From Intoshia linei (taxonomy: Eukaryota > Animalia > Orthonectida), in assembly GCA_001642005.1 (NCBI GenBank), contig LWCA01000005.1:1-64000 (forward strand): 64,000 nt of DNA, read 5' to 3'. A program made the translations under genes and the position numbers. A model generated the notes under the pieces. It did not search any database and was not told the origin of the DNA. It worked only from the letters and a program-made list of their open reading frames with translations. Shown here in pieces: positions 13,105 to 24,277 of the stretch. How positions within the stretch are numbered: position 1 is the stretch's first letter; each line of letters begins with the position of its first letter.

Positions 13105-13688
13105 TTGTCTATCACACATTGTATGTATTTAATATAGACATTATAGTTTTTACAATTTTATTTTTTCTGGAATTTATGCTATTTATGACAATTTTTAGGA
13201 TGAGTGTTTTTACTTTATTGTTAAGATTATACAACTCATTCTGTCTAATAAATTATACTGTTTTTACATTATTTTTAATATTATACAAATTCTGAATAAT
13301 ATATTAATTATTATTCTGAATAATACTAATAAAATGGATAACAATTTTTTTTAAATTGCTTTACACAAATATTAACAAAATAAATTTAACGCGGAATAAT
13401 TCACTTTAAATTAAAACGTAATGTGATATGACGGGTTCCCGTGTAACAAGTTTGGAACCAGTCCTTTAAATGATTGATAATAGTGAATAGTAGTATTCTT
13501 AGTTTAAAATTTCTAGGTAGAGTATAATGTTCGCCCTCGGTAGAGCTAGGATGCTGTTTGTACGAAGTACATAACAGTCAAGCTTGTAAATAATAAATTT
13601 TATCAAAAAATTAAAGTTAGAATCTAATTGTTATTTATTTATTTAATGTCATAAAAACTTTAATTCAATTTTCAAATTTATTTTGGCA

Positions 13689-15060
13689 ATGGAAAAAACG
13701 TTTATTAAATACATGGAAAATGTGTTTGAAACGAAAAATATTGATGAAATTTCCCTATCTAATGAAAACAGACGTGCTTTACAACATTATTTCCAGTACA
13801 TTTCATTTAATGTTTAAAGTCGCCAAAGCGGTGAAACTTTTTAACGGATAATTTAAAATTTTAAATAAAAATTATGTTTAGAAACAAAAACTCTGAATTA
13901 TCAGAATTCTGCGAAAAATGTATAGATAAATTAACAGATTACAAGACAAACATAAACATACGTCTCAAAATTGCCAGAATGTGTTATTTTCTCTTTAACA
14001 AATCTGACACGTTCAGAACAAAATTATTAGAAAATATGAATTTTTTTGAATATACATTGAGTAATTTATATTTTTAACTTTTTACCAAGATTCAGCGTTT
14101 AAAGTTTAAACTTGGCAAAATTTAAATTTAATTTATAAATAGTTTACGTGTACAGATCACCACAATACAAAAAAAGAGGAAAAAATTTACACAAACAGTT
14201 GTTTTACGAAACAATGCTAAATTTGTGTATGTGGCGTTTAAATTTTTCATTAATCTACAAACCATTAGAAATAGCCTGTAATTTGATTATAAATAAATTT
14301 AAAATTAAATTAAACTATTGTGAGGCGGAAAAGTATCTTAAAGAACCAATTAATACTCCTACAAACTCTACTTTACTCAATGAACCAAGCCAAATAACCT
14401 CACCCTTGTCTAACATGTGGATAGGTTTTAAATTCAAAATTTATATTTAAATTCAAATAGATTTATTAAAAAGCACCAAAAATTATATTGATGAAAATAT
14501 TACCATGTATTGTCGACTTTTAAGCGATACTAACGAATTTTCCAAAATGATTATGGAAAATGCAAAAAATGATGTTGATTATTCTACATTTGAACACTTT
14601 GAAGATGGGCGAGTACATGGGATAACCGCAGGTTCTTATCATATACAAGGAAGTTTTAAAATAAACAATAAAATCGACATTAAAAGAACTATTGAAAATG
14701 ACACACTTGTTCATTCATATACAAAGCACATCAATGGGCCAATCCGAAACAGTTTAGCAAAAATTCAAAATATTATTCGTGTAAATTTTATATGCTATCA
14801 ACGATTTATTTATTTATTCATTTTTTAGTAGCACAACTATTTATGTAAATTAATAATTTAGATTTGGTCAAAATCTTCGAATTCAGATAATAGTTTATTA
14901 GATCGATTCAAAGAAGTTGAAAATTGTTTATTGGTTTGCGTTTCAACATTTTCACACCTCAATATACCATCATTGGATGAAGATGAAGGTTTTTAATATT
15001 ATATATTCATATCGGTTATAATTGTAAAATTTAGATACCTTACATTTCATACAAGTGTAG
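13689..15060 (+). CDS. UVSSA: UV-stimulated scaffold protein A homolog, C-terminally truncated; about 6 exons
   Basis: IRLKIARMCYFLFNKSDTFRTKLLENMNFFEYTL aligns with the UVSSA VHS domain ([35 protein letters not shown]). W...F...YK.L motif present. RVHGITAGSYHI and RTIENDTLVH match R.HGL....Y.L and ENEDNLALIH. Ends LDEDE|DTLHFIQV*. Confidence 0.7.
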
Positions 15061-15349
15061 TACATGGATGTATTGCTAAAGCAAATAAATATATATTTGC
15101 GCTTTGATTCAGTTTTAAAAAGTGTGAACCTCGCATAAATGTATTTGTGACATTGAATAGCAACAATTTTAGACAAGACTAATTTTCAAAGTTAAATTAA
15201 CAAAATACATTTACAAATGAACATATTTATTTTTAAATAAATACATTACAAATAAAAAATATTAAGCTGAAGTTTTATTTTTATATTTGCAAGGCTCGTG
15301 TTTAATTCTATAAATATGTATGAACTTTATACATTATATATAATGTACC

Positions 15350-15609
15350 CAGGGCTGTAGAGAGGGCTAGGGCCATATGGCCTAAAGTCATGAGGACCCT
15401 ACTTTTTAAATTTATTAATAGGTCATGTTTGAAAGTTTCTTAAGGATACCAAAATTACCATATAAAATGTTCTATGCGATTTCCAACGGTTATTTTTAAT
15501 TTTTAGGTAATGAACAATCAATTAAGTAATGTTTAGAGGTCCTATTTTTTAAAAAATTTTTTTTAGGGACCTAAAATTTCCAGCCTACTGCTGGCTCTCC
15601 ACGGCCCTG
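15350..15609. mobile_element. hAT (Tip100-like) MITE
   Basis: TIR CAGGGCTGTAGAGAG / CTCTCCACGGCCCTG; perfect TSD aatgtacc. A second copy starts at 43831. Confidence 0.85.
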
Positions 15610-15917
15610 AATGTACCCTATTTCGGATAAAATTATATAAACAGTGACGGCTTTTATATAAATTTTACCATTATGCAACAAGATTTCAAGTGTGGAATCA
15701 TCTTAGAATTCTCAGAAAATTTGATTTCCAAATTATAAATATTTGCGCCTATCTCTACATTATACAAAGTTATAATGCATCCAGTCGACCTATTTTAAAA
15801 ATATCATTACAATTTTCAACTATAAAACATTTATTTTTAGATTATGCCAATATTAGGAGTGTCACAAAAAAAATAATTAAATTAGATAAAAATTTGTGGA
15901 GTCGTTTATTTTAAATA

Positions 15918-16062
15918 CAGTATTCTCTAACTTAGTACTTAGACTAAGTATTTTCCAAAAAAAACCTTTAATTTAAAGGTTTTATCTGCTGTTTTTATAA
16001 TTTTAAATTCTTATCTCGCCAACTTTTTCTAAATCCCAAAAATGGTTACAGAGAGAATACTG
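15918..16062. mobile_element. pogo/Tigger-type MITE
   Basis: TA|CAGTATTCTCT...AGAGAATACTG|TA. Confidence 0.7.
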
Positions 16063-16229
16063 TACTTACAAAACTTAAAATATAATTTTATTGATAAGAA
16101 CTTGTAACTTTATTTAACATTATTTATTTTCGCCTTTAGAAATAATTTTTATTAAAAGTATAAGAATTTTAAACATCAATAAAATACAAAGTAAACGAGC
16201 TAGAATTTAATTTAAATCTTAAAGTTTTA

Positions 16230-17400
16230 AAAATTCACAACCTAACCAATATATTAAAAATTAATACTATTGTATTATTGGAAAGGGTTGATTAAAAAAA
16301 TTTTATTTTCATTATTAATGATTATACTGAAACAAAATTACTCGACTTCAGTGTATTTCATAACAAGTAAGTTTATACACTCTGAATCAGTTTTTAACAC
16401 GACACTATTTATAGATTTGTCAAAAGAAACTACTGCACAAGTATAGTTTTCAAATTTCTAAATTTACATTAAATAATTCAACGTCATATTTTTACCTGCA
16501 TTTCTGGGATCTTAAACATAATTTTCTCATTTAAATCAATGCTTTTCTCTTGTGCTTTTGAATTTCCTAATTGTTTTAATTAAAACGGAAAATAAATTAC
16601 TACAGGGGTTCCCATATACACGGACCGATAATTTCATATTAAATATTTCACGAATTAGTTTTACAATACGATTTTTAAGAAGCATTACAACTATACTGCA
16701 CAATATTCTTAGTTCAATGTTACATTTTTCACTAGGAGAGTTAGTGGTCCGCAGACTCGTATTTGGAAACCGCTGCATTACAAGAGGAATACCACAAATT
16801 GTTAGAAAGTGACAAAATTTTTTATTTGAGATAAACTTTAAAAAAAGAAATAAATAAGTTGTTTATAAACTTTAAAAAAAAAATAAATAAGTTGTTTATA
16901 AACTTTTAAATACCGGGGATGCAATCAAAATAAGCAAAGATATTAACCTGAATCGTACAAATTTTACCAAAAAGAAAAAAATGATTGTATTACATCTATG
17001 TAATTATATTAAAACTGCAGTACAGTGATTCTTTTACTGGGGTGCGTTTTCAATTCGAAAAGTTGTTCAATAATTACAATGCACTTTAGGTAATATAACA
17101 TGAAATCTCTACGAAAAAACCTCCAGTAATTGTTTTAAAATTCAGTTCTGGGATTTAAACAAAAATGTTTCAAAGTAGAAAACAGTTATACTTAATTGTA
17201 CTAAATTTTGATTCTGCATGCGACTGACAAGTTTTGATATTCCGACGAACGTATTTGCAGACTGAAAATAAATGTTATAGCTCATTTTTTTAAAAATAAA
17301 CGTTAACCCTTATTTCATTAAAATCAAACTTTATCATCCAATTTTCGCGAAATTTTAATTTTATTAAACCTTAAAATAACCGATCAAAATCAATTAATAA
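16230..17400 (-). CDS. Possible small multi-exon hypothetical gene
   Basis: Open segments between GT-AG pairs, e.g. SANTFVGISKLVSRMQNQNLVQL and KFENYTCAVVSFDKSINSVVLKTDSE. No complete model could be built. Confidence 0.25.
16603..16775. mobile_element. Buster-type hAT MITE
   Basis: TIR CAGGGGTTCCCA / TGGAAACCGCTG; TSD aattacta/cattacaa with central TA. Ends resemble 41146-41341. Confidence 0.65.
16831..16910. repeat. Tandem repeat, unit about 34 bp, about 2.4 copies
   Basis: ataaactttaaaaaaa(g)aaataaataagttgttt repeated head to tail. Confidence 0.7.
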
Positions 17401-17752
17401 TAAAATCTGTTAATTATATTGTATATCAAGCATTGCCAATTTTTGTCCATAAAGAAAAATCATGGTGCGTCAATGAGACAGTGCAGAGTAATAGACCCAC
17501 ATAACAACTGTACTTACACAGTAAATAAAGGCCTAGAGAAGATACGATAAAAGTAAAATTAAAAATTAATTTTAATTTTCTCGTTCCAGGTTTTCTTCTA
17601 TTAACTTTTAGTATTAATGATGAATAGCAAAAATTATTACTAAAAATATATTAGTTTATAAATTGATTTTTAAAATCATAACACCCCAGTTGAAAAAGTA
17701 GTAAATCACTGAAAACGAATAGTTAATAGATAAATGAAATAATTTAAAAGAT

Positions 17753-20327
17753 TTAATTACAGTTACCGATTATTGACTTTATATGCTTCAATTTTTCAAC
17801 AAATTCATTACAAATGGTATCATATTTGAACCGCAGAGCAATTTGTTCATGTTTTGTTACTAAAGATTCTCCTTCATCAACAAAATTATTCACATATAAA
17901 CATATAGATTTTACAGAATCTGCATTAGGTGTTGGATTAATATCATGAGTAATTTTGAAATTGACGCAAATTTTTTCAGAAGTATCGCGTCTCAGTATGA
18001 CTCGATAAGTATTAGTCGGAGTATGATGAAGAATTTTTATTGTTCCAGTTCCCCGTTCAATCCAAGTATTATCAGTAAGCCTATAGCATTTTGATCTACT
18101 TTCCCAAAAAACTACTTCGGCTTCTTCTCCACTCTGCATTTCAACATTATCAAGAGATACTACAGGTTTAAAATCAGCAGTGCATTCATACTGACCATCT
18201 GAAGTATTTAAGCTGGAATTAAAATTACTAAAAGCAAATGGTTTATTTTCAGATTTATTTAATACGGGGAACCCCTTTTGATTGAACCCTTGATCTTTTT
18301 TATCCTTATTAAAATCAAAGAAACTATTCTTTTTCTGTGCACTGTTACTAGCAATTTCAGTAAACAAATTTCCAGAAGAAGGAGAACCAGTAGTGTTGAA
18401 TATATTGAATGCTGGTTTGTTTTCATTTTTACCAAATATAAGATTTGATTCAGTCTTTTCCTTTGGCTCTTCCTTGGTATTTTTACTCATTGCCGCAAAA
18501 ATATTTTTGTTTTTGTCACCAATGGATTCAAACAATTTAGAGGGAGCAAATGTACTTTTACTAGTAAATAAATTTTCCTTTGGTTTTTCTGGTGTTTTAA
18601 CCTGTTCTAATTCCTTTTCAATTATTTTTGGAGTTGATAGTTTGTCTGATAGTGTAATAAATGTTTCAAAAGCTGGATTAACGTTTTCGTTGTCAGAGGC
18701 TTCTTCTTCACTTGAAGCCGACTCTTCCTTTTCAAACTCTTTAGCATTCATCACCCTTATTTGAATTTCTTTTTGAACACTTTTATAAATTTTGGAAAAG
18801 TCAATAACGTCATTTGATCTTATAAAACGAAATTTAAATATTTTAGGATCCTTACATTGCATAAATTGTTTTTTGATAATTAAATTATTTTTTGCACCAG
18901 AATCGTCAATAAAATCTTGGGTATCGACATCAAATATTATTAAATTTTGATCCTTCTCAGAGTGACATAACACAATACGAGTGCAAGTAATGTCATCCTT
19001 ATCGGACAACATGGCTATACAACCAATGTTGATATTTTGCAAATTTTCAATTGAAAATTTATCCTGACTAATGTATCCTAGGAAGGATACTTTTTCGTTA
19101 TTCTTTGTTACCTTGTTAATTATAAGAACCAATTCTTCCTGATACATGGTTAAACTCTTGGTTTTAATATTCAAATTTGTAAAACTCTTTGTCGTGTCAG
19201 CAACATTGTTTTTAACTAGACCAAAAATAAAAAACAAAAGAAAACAAACAACCTTCAATTTCTTTATCCAGATATCTAGGTAAAATGGGTTGAGCGATTT
19301 TGGCAGTGGGTTCAGGCACTTTTTCTGTGGGCACAACAGCTTGGTCAATGTTTCTTTCACAGTAGAAATTTGGATTGGAAGGTTGTGAATACATGACATG
19401 TTGATTTCTATACATATTATTGTACATAGATTGTTGGCTTGAATGTAAAAATGATCCTTTAGTTCTGTCCAAGCTCATTTGAAATCCGTCAAGTTTAAGC
19501 TAAATATAAATAAATCTTATCAGATTAAATTAACCATCAATTGATTCAACATTAAATCCGACCTAGACTGGTGTATACTGTTCAACTCCAACATTGTTCT
19601 TAACGAGGACTAATTTATGATTAGACAGTATAATAAATGATTACCGTTAAATTTCGATTATCCTCCGACATTGATTTTATAGAATTTGCCATAGGAAGAA
19701 TAGATTCCTTTTTAAAATAATTTATCAATTTATTTGTTAATAAAAAGTTACCGATAAAATACAAATATTTTTATTTATATTTTTCAACTCGTTGAGTAAA
19801 TTTGAATTGTTGTTGGTAGGAGTAGAATTTACTACACCAATGAAATCACTTTTAACATCTTTAACCTGAAATAATAAATTAAATAGTGAATAAGGATTTA
19901 ACCAGCTTTAAGTTCTGATAGACCCGATGAATTTAAAAATTTTGCAATTGGAAGAGATTTTAATAAAAATAAAAAAAAAACAAAAATTTCCAAATTTTCG
20001 CACCTGATGACTAAAAATAAATCAATACTGAGGTGTAATTTACTCGTAGTAGATACGAATCACAGTACAGTAATATCTCGATTTAGTCACTTTTGATTAC
20101 TTACCTTCTAGTTTATTTAGAAACAATTTTAAGCCAAAAATATTTTTTACAATCATAGATATGTAATTTTGACTTTACATTTAACTCCAAATAAACTAAA
20201 ATTAAGTAATGGAACGTGACTAAATCGAGATATCACTGTATATTAAATTAATTATTAAAATAAATATTACGTCAGATCTCAATTTTGATCGATTGAATAT
20301 GTCGTCAAATTTAGATTTATCCGACAT
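17753..20327 (-). CDS. Ran-binding-domain nucleoporin (compact RanBP2/Nup358- or Nup50-like); multi-exon, last exon 19216-17753
   Basis: C-terminal RanBD FKPVVSL..VEMQSGEEAE...SKCYR....WIERGTGTIKIL...RVILRRD...KICVNF...ALRF. Upstream FG/FxF-like repeats (LIFG, AFNIF, FFDF, FAFSNF) and a second degenerate PH-like segment ending FKFRF....F. ORF 19212-19478 splices in frame (gaa g|tt aaa). Probable ATG at 20327 (MSDKSKFDDIF). Confidence 0.75.
20068..20238. mobile_element. pogo/Tigger-type MITE in intron 1 of the RanBD gene
   Basis: TA|CAGTAATATCTCGATTTAGTCAC ... GTGACTAAATCGAGATATCACTG|TA; 23-bp TIR with one mismatch. Confidence 0.85.
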
Positions 20328-20847
20328 GTTAAAATTTCAATTTTTAGGATTACCAACAGAATGAATGAAATCTACTTTAAAATTTAAATTTATCCGAGCG
20401 ATATAATAATATGAAGTGGAATTTATTGTATATTTCTACAATCTTTTTACAAAATCTAAAGTTTTTGTTCATTTGTAAATTTAAAATTACGCAATGAATT
20501 TGCATTAGATTCAGAGTTACCAAATTAACGCCTATTTACGTAGCTCAGCTTCCTAACTGACTAAACCAGTGATTCTTAACCTGGGCGATAGCGCCCCCCT
20601 TGGGGCGTTTTTATGATCGAATGAGGCGATATGGGGGCGAAAATATTTTTATCGCATCAGTTGGGATTCCAACATAACATCACATTATAACCGTTCAATG
20701 AGCCTAGCTGGCACAGTGGTTATAGTTACATAATTATTTTGTAGAAAGGATTTGTATTGATCTTTGGAATCTTTGTATTTAGGTGAACTCGTTAGAATTA
20801 AACATTATATGCAATTTTAATTAACAACGTAATTAGTATTTATAATA

Positions 20848-21918
20848 CAGTGATATATTAAATTAAAGTTGTTGTTTTAATTGTATTATATTTATTTCCG
20901 TCCAACATGCATTTAAACATTTTACAAAAATTAGAAATATTAAAAGATATTGATAATGAAATGAAACCATCTCAAATATCTCTTAAATATGGGGTTTCAT
21001 TAGGAATAATATATTATATAAAGAAAAATAAAGATTATTTATATAGTAAGTGTGTGTTAAATATTTATTAATGTTAAAATTTTTATTATGATCAATTTTA
21101 GACAGTTTAGTTTTACATTTCTATTTTAACTTATATTTATAATAATAGCAAGACTTTTAATAACGGTGGTTATACTCTAATGAATGTCAATAATATTGAG
21201 AAATAAGTATTAAATTGGTAAATGTTACTTAGATATTTATTTATAATAATATATTATAGGCAATATTTATAAAAATTAATGCCTTAAATCAGCCATTCTC
21301 AACGGGGTCCATAAAAATTATATACATTTATTACATATTATAGACAGTAACATAAGGTCGTTTTTAAAACATAAAGGCTCAGAAATACTAATATAAAATG
21401 TGAAAATCATGTAAAAGTATTCTTTAATATTAAATTATTTTATTAAATATTATGACCAAGCCAAGTTTCTAGTCACAAAAAAAGCTTTAAATTTCAAATT
21501 GAAAATGGGACAAAAAATGAGTAAATATTCATGATTCTATAAAATATCAACCAAGGGATATAAAATATGTAGTAAACAATTAATAATGTACTGTAAACAA
21601 TACCCGAAAAACATGTTCCATTTTCGGATTAAAGAATAATATGAATAGTTCATGAAGTTTATCATCTCGCAAAAATAGAGTACTCCATGTATTTTGACCA
21701 TCATTCGTTTCACCCAAATGTAATGATTCATTTAAATTGTCATTATTATTAATTTTTTTGGGGTCCACAGCGAAAAAGGGTTGAGAATGCCTGCATTAAA
21801 TAATAAAAAGAGAATTCATAATAATATTGAAATCGCTACATAAATATTGCTATTAGTTATTCGCGATTTTTTGAACACATTTTGCAACTATTTTTGTTAA
21901 AAAATCGAGAATAACCTG
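20848..21918 (+). mobile_element. Tigger/pogo remnant nested in the hAT element
   Basis: TA|CAG...CTG|TA ends. 20908-21045 encodes MHLNILQKLEILKDIDNEMKPSQISLKYGVSLGIIYYIKKNKDYL, a CENP-B/psq-type HTH. Confidence 0.65.
21290..21793. mobile_element. Buster-type MITE nested in the Tigger remnant
   Basis: TIR CAGCCATTCTCAAC / GTTGAGAATGCCTG; TSD ccttaaat/cattaaat. Inverted homolog at 33932-34631. Confidence 0.85.
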
Positions 21919-22240
21919 TAGTTGATTCACTTTTAAATGAATGACCATTATTGTATAAAATCAAAAAAATCTTACTCTATCAAATTTGAACAATTTCATG
22001 TTAAAGTTAAAAAAATGTATACATGTGTTATGATTATTCTTTATGGTGAATTTCAAATTTTGTCTATTTGTTAATTATTAAAACTTAATTTAAAAAAAAT
22101 CTGGATTATCAATAATTTTGTGTCATGGGATTATATTTGCGTNATATTGAAATCGTTATTTAAATATTTTTATTAGTTATTCGCGATTTTTTGAACACAT
22201 TTTGCAACTATTTTTGTCAAAAAATCGAGAATAACCTGTA

Positions 22241-23639
22241 TTAAAAAAAGATGCCGTTATTATTCTATTGATTATTTGAACTATGGAGTTATTCTTTTAT
22301 CAAATAATATAAAACTTCCAATGTGTTTAATATGCGAAAAAGTATTTTAGTTATTTAAATATTTTAATTATAACTCAGATTTTATCAAATGAAAAAATGA
22401 AACCTTCACGAATGGTGGTTCATTTGAAAGGAAAGCATCCCGATAAAGCTGAAAAAAATTTTGAATACTTTCGTAATTTAAAAATTAATTATGAAGGCCC
22501 ATTTACTACCAATAATTTGTTTAATAAACAAAAAGATATTACAAATAAAGAACTTATAGTATCATATGAAATATCAAAGTTTATTGCGGAATGTTTATCA
22601 TTGGAGAATCATTAATTATACCATCGTTACAAATTGTAATGAAAAGGATGATACCTAATTTTGCTGATCTTTCGATCTCTATTACACTGAGCAATAGTAC
22701 GGTATCATTAAGAATATACGAAATGGCTTCTAATGTTGAAACGAAACTACTCCCCTATTTAAGAAAGACAGAATTTTCAATACAATTGGATAAAAGTTTA
22801 TGATGTAACAATAATGTGTTATTAATAGTTTATGTGCGCTATCTGAATAATTTTCAAGAAATTTCTGATGATTTACTATTTGTTACAGAATTAGAACTTG
22901 ATACAAAAGGCTCCACAATTTTCAAATCAGTTTTAGACTATTTTAATGAAAACAACATTTCAATAAGAAACGTCATAGCTTGTGCAACTGATGGGATTCT
23001 TGCCATGATAGGCCGACATCGTGGGTTTATCGCTCATTTAAAAAAATTAAATTTGAAATTGTTTGCAATACATTGCATCGTACATCGCCAACGCTTTGTT
23101 TCTAAAAATTTGAGTGATAAATGGATGCTACACTAAATGTGGTTATCAAATGTGTTAATAAAATAAAATCCCACCCATTGAATGATATAATTTTCTCAAA
23201 TTTATGCTTTGAAAATAATGATAAATTTCATTAAACTGTTAATGCATACTGAAGTTAGATGGCTCTCAAAAGGAAAGTTTTTAAAGCGTTTTTATAATTT
23301 ATACGACTCTGTTACTGAATTTTTTATGAAAATTAATGATGAATTTTATGATAAACTTGCTAATTTAAAATGCGATGTGGCTTATCTTGCTGATATTTTT
23401 GGAAATTTAAATGATGTTAATTTACAATTACAAGGAAATATTATTGATATGATGTATACATTATACATCATATAATGTGGATATGATTTATAATATGTTG
23501 ATATATTATAAATCATATCAATATTTATAAGATATGTTTATAATCTTATAAACATATAAGACTTTATATGTCTTATAAAGGCCAAGGGAGTAGTGTTATC
23601 ATTCATTAATAAACTTGAATTTTACCGGACTGCATTTCA
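22241..23639 (+). pseudogene. Buster/ZBED8-SCAND3-type hAT transposase pseudogene
   Basis: BED finger CLIC..MKPSRMVVHLKGKH, FSIQLD, ACATDG, HCIVH, TEVRWLS and VAYLADIF...N.QLQG motifs, broken by frameshifts and stops across ORFs 22397-23475. Confidence 0.9.
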
Positions 23640-23640
23640 N

Positions 23641-24277
23641 TGGGACAAAAAATGAGTAAATATTCATGATTCTATAAAATATCAACCAAGGGATATAAAA
23701 TATGTAGTAAACAATTAATAATGTACTGTAAACAATACCCGAAAAACATGTTCCATTTTCGGATTAAAGAATAATATGAATAGTTCATGAAGTTTATCAT
23801 CTCGCAAAAATAGAGTACTCCATGTATTTTGACCATCATTCGTTTCACCCAAATGTAATGATTCATTTAAATTGTCATTATTATTAATTTTTTTGGGGTC
23901 CACAGCGAAAAAGGGTTGAGAATGCCTGCATTAAATAATAAAAAGAGAATTCATAATAATATTGAAATCGCTACATAAATATTGCTATTAGTTATTCGCG
24001 ATTTTTTGAACACATTTTGCAACTATTTTTGTTAAAAAATCGAGAATAACCTGTAGTTGATTCACTTTTAAATGAATGACCATTATTGTATAAAATCAAA
24101 AAAATCTTACTCTATCAAATTTGAACAATTTCATGTTAAAGTTAAAAAAATGTATACATGTGTTATGATTATTCTTTATGGTGAATTTCAAATTTTGTCT
24201 ATTTGTTAATTATTAAAACTTAATTTAAAAAAAATCTGGATTATCAATAATTTTGTGTCATGGGATTATATTTGCGT
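23641..24277 (+). repeat. Exact 637-bp duplicate of 21506-22142, probably an assembly artefact
   Basis: Constant 2135-bp offset and identical ORFs in both copies. One copy ends at N22143 and the other starts after N23640. Confidence 0.85.

Larger units (their letters stand above)
20567..23639 (+). mobile_element. Buster-type hAT transposon, copy 1; left end intact, nested insertions, right end lost at an assembly break
   Basis: Left TIR CAGTGATTCTTAACCT follows target gactaaac. The subterminal region is nearly identical to 59961-60263. Transposase remnant lies downstream. Confidence 0.75.

Noticed and set aside
16536-16812. Overlapping antiparallel ORFs of 80 and 86 aa
   Set aside because: Both lie across a TIR/TSD-bounded MITE (16603-16775), so they are chance ORFs.
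18393-18764. Antisense ORFs (also 29175-29414, 30637-30969, 14520-14714, 27147-27332, 37347-37678, 45064-45608, 58161-58367)
   Set aside because: They are shadows of real exons on the opposite strand, with non-ATG starts or no motifs.
20700-20730. tRNA A-box-like TGGCACAGTGG (also about 60124)
   Set aside because: No B-box or cloverleaf follows; it is part of the hAT subterminal sequence.
21537-21768. Recurrent 62-65 aa ORFs (also 23672-23903, 34014-34211) resembling a small gene family
   Set aside because: They are internal to one MITE family, frames are not conserved between copies, and one copy is an assembly duplicate.
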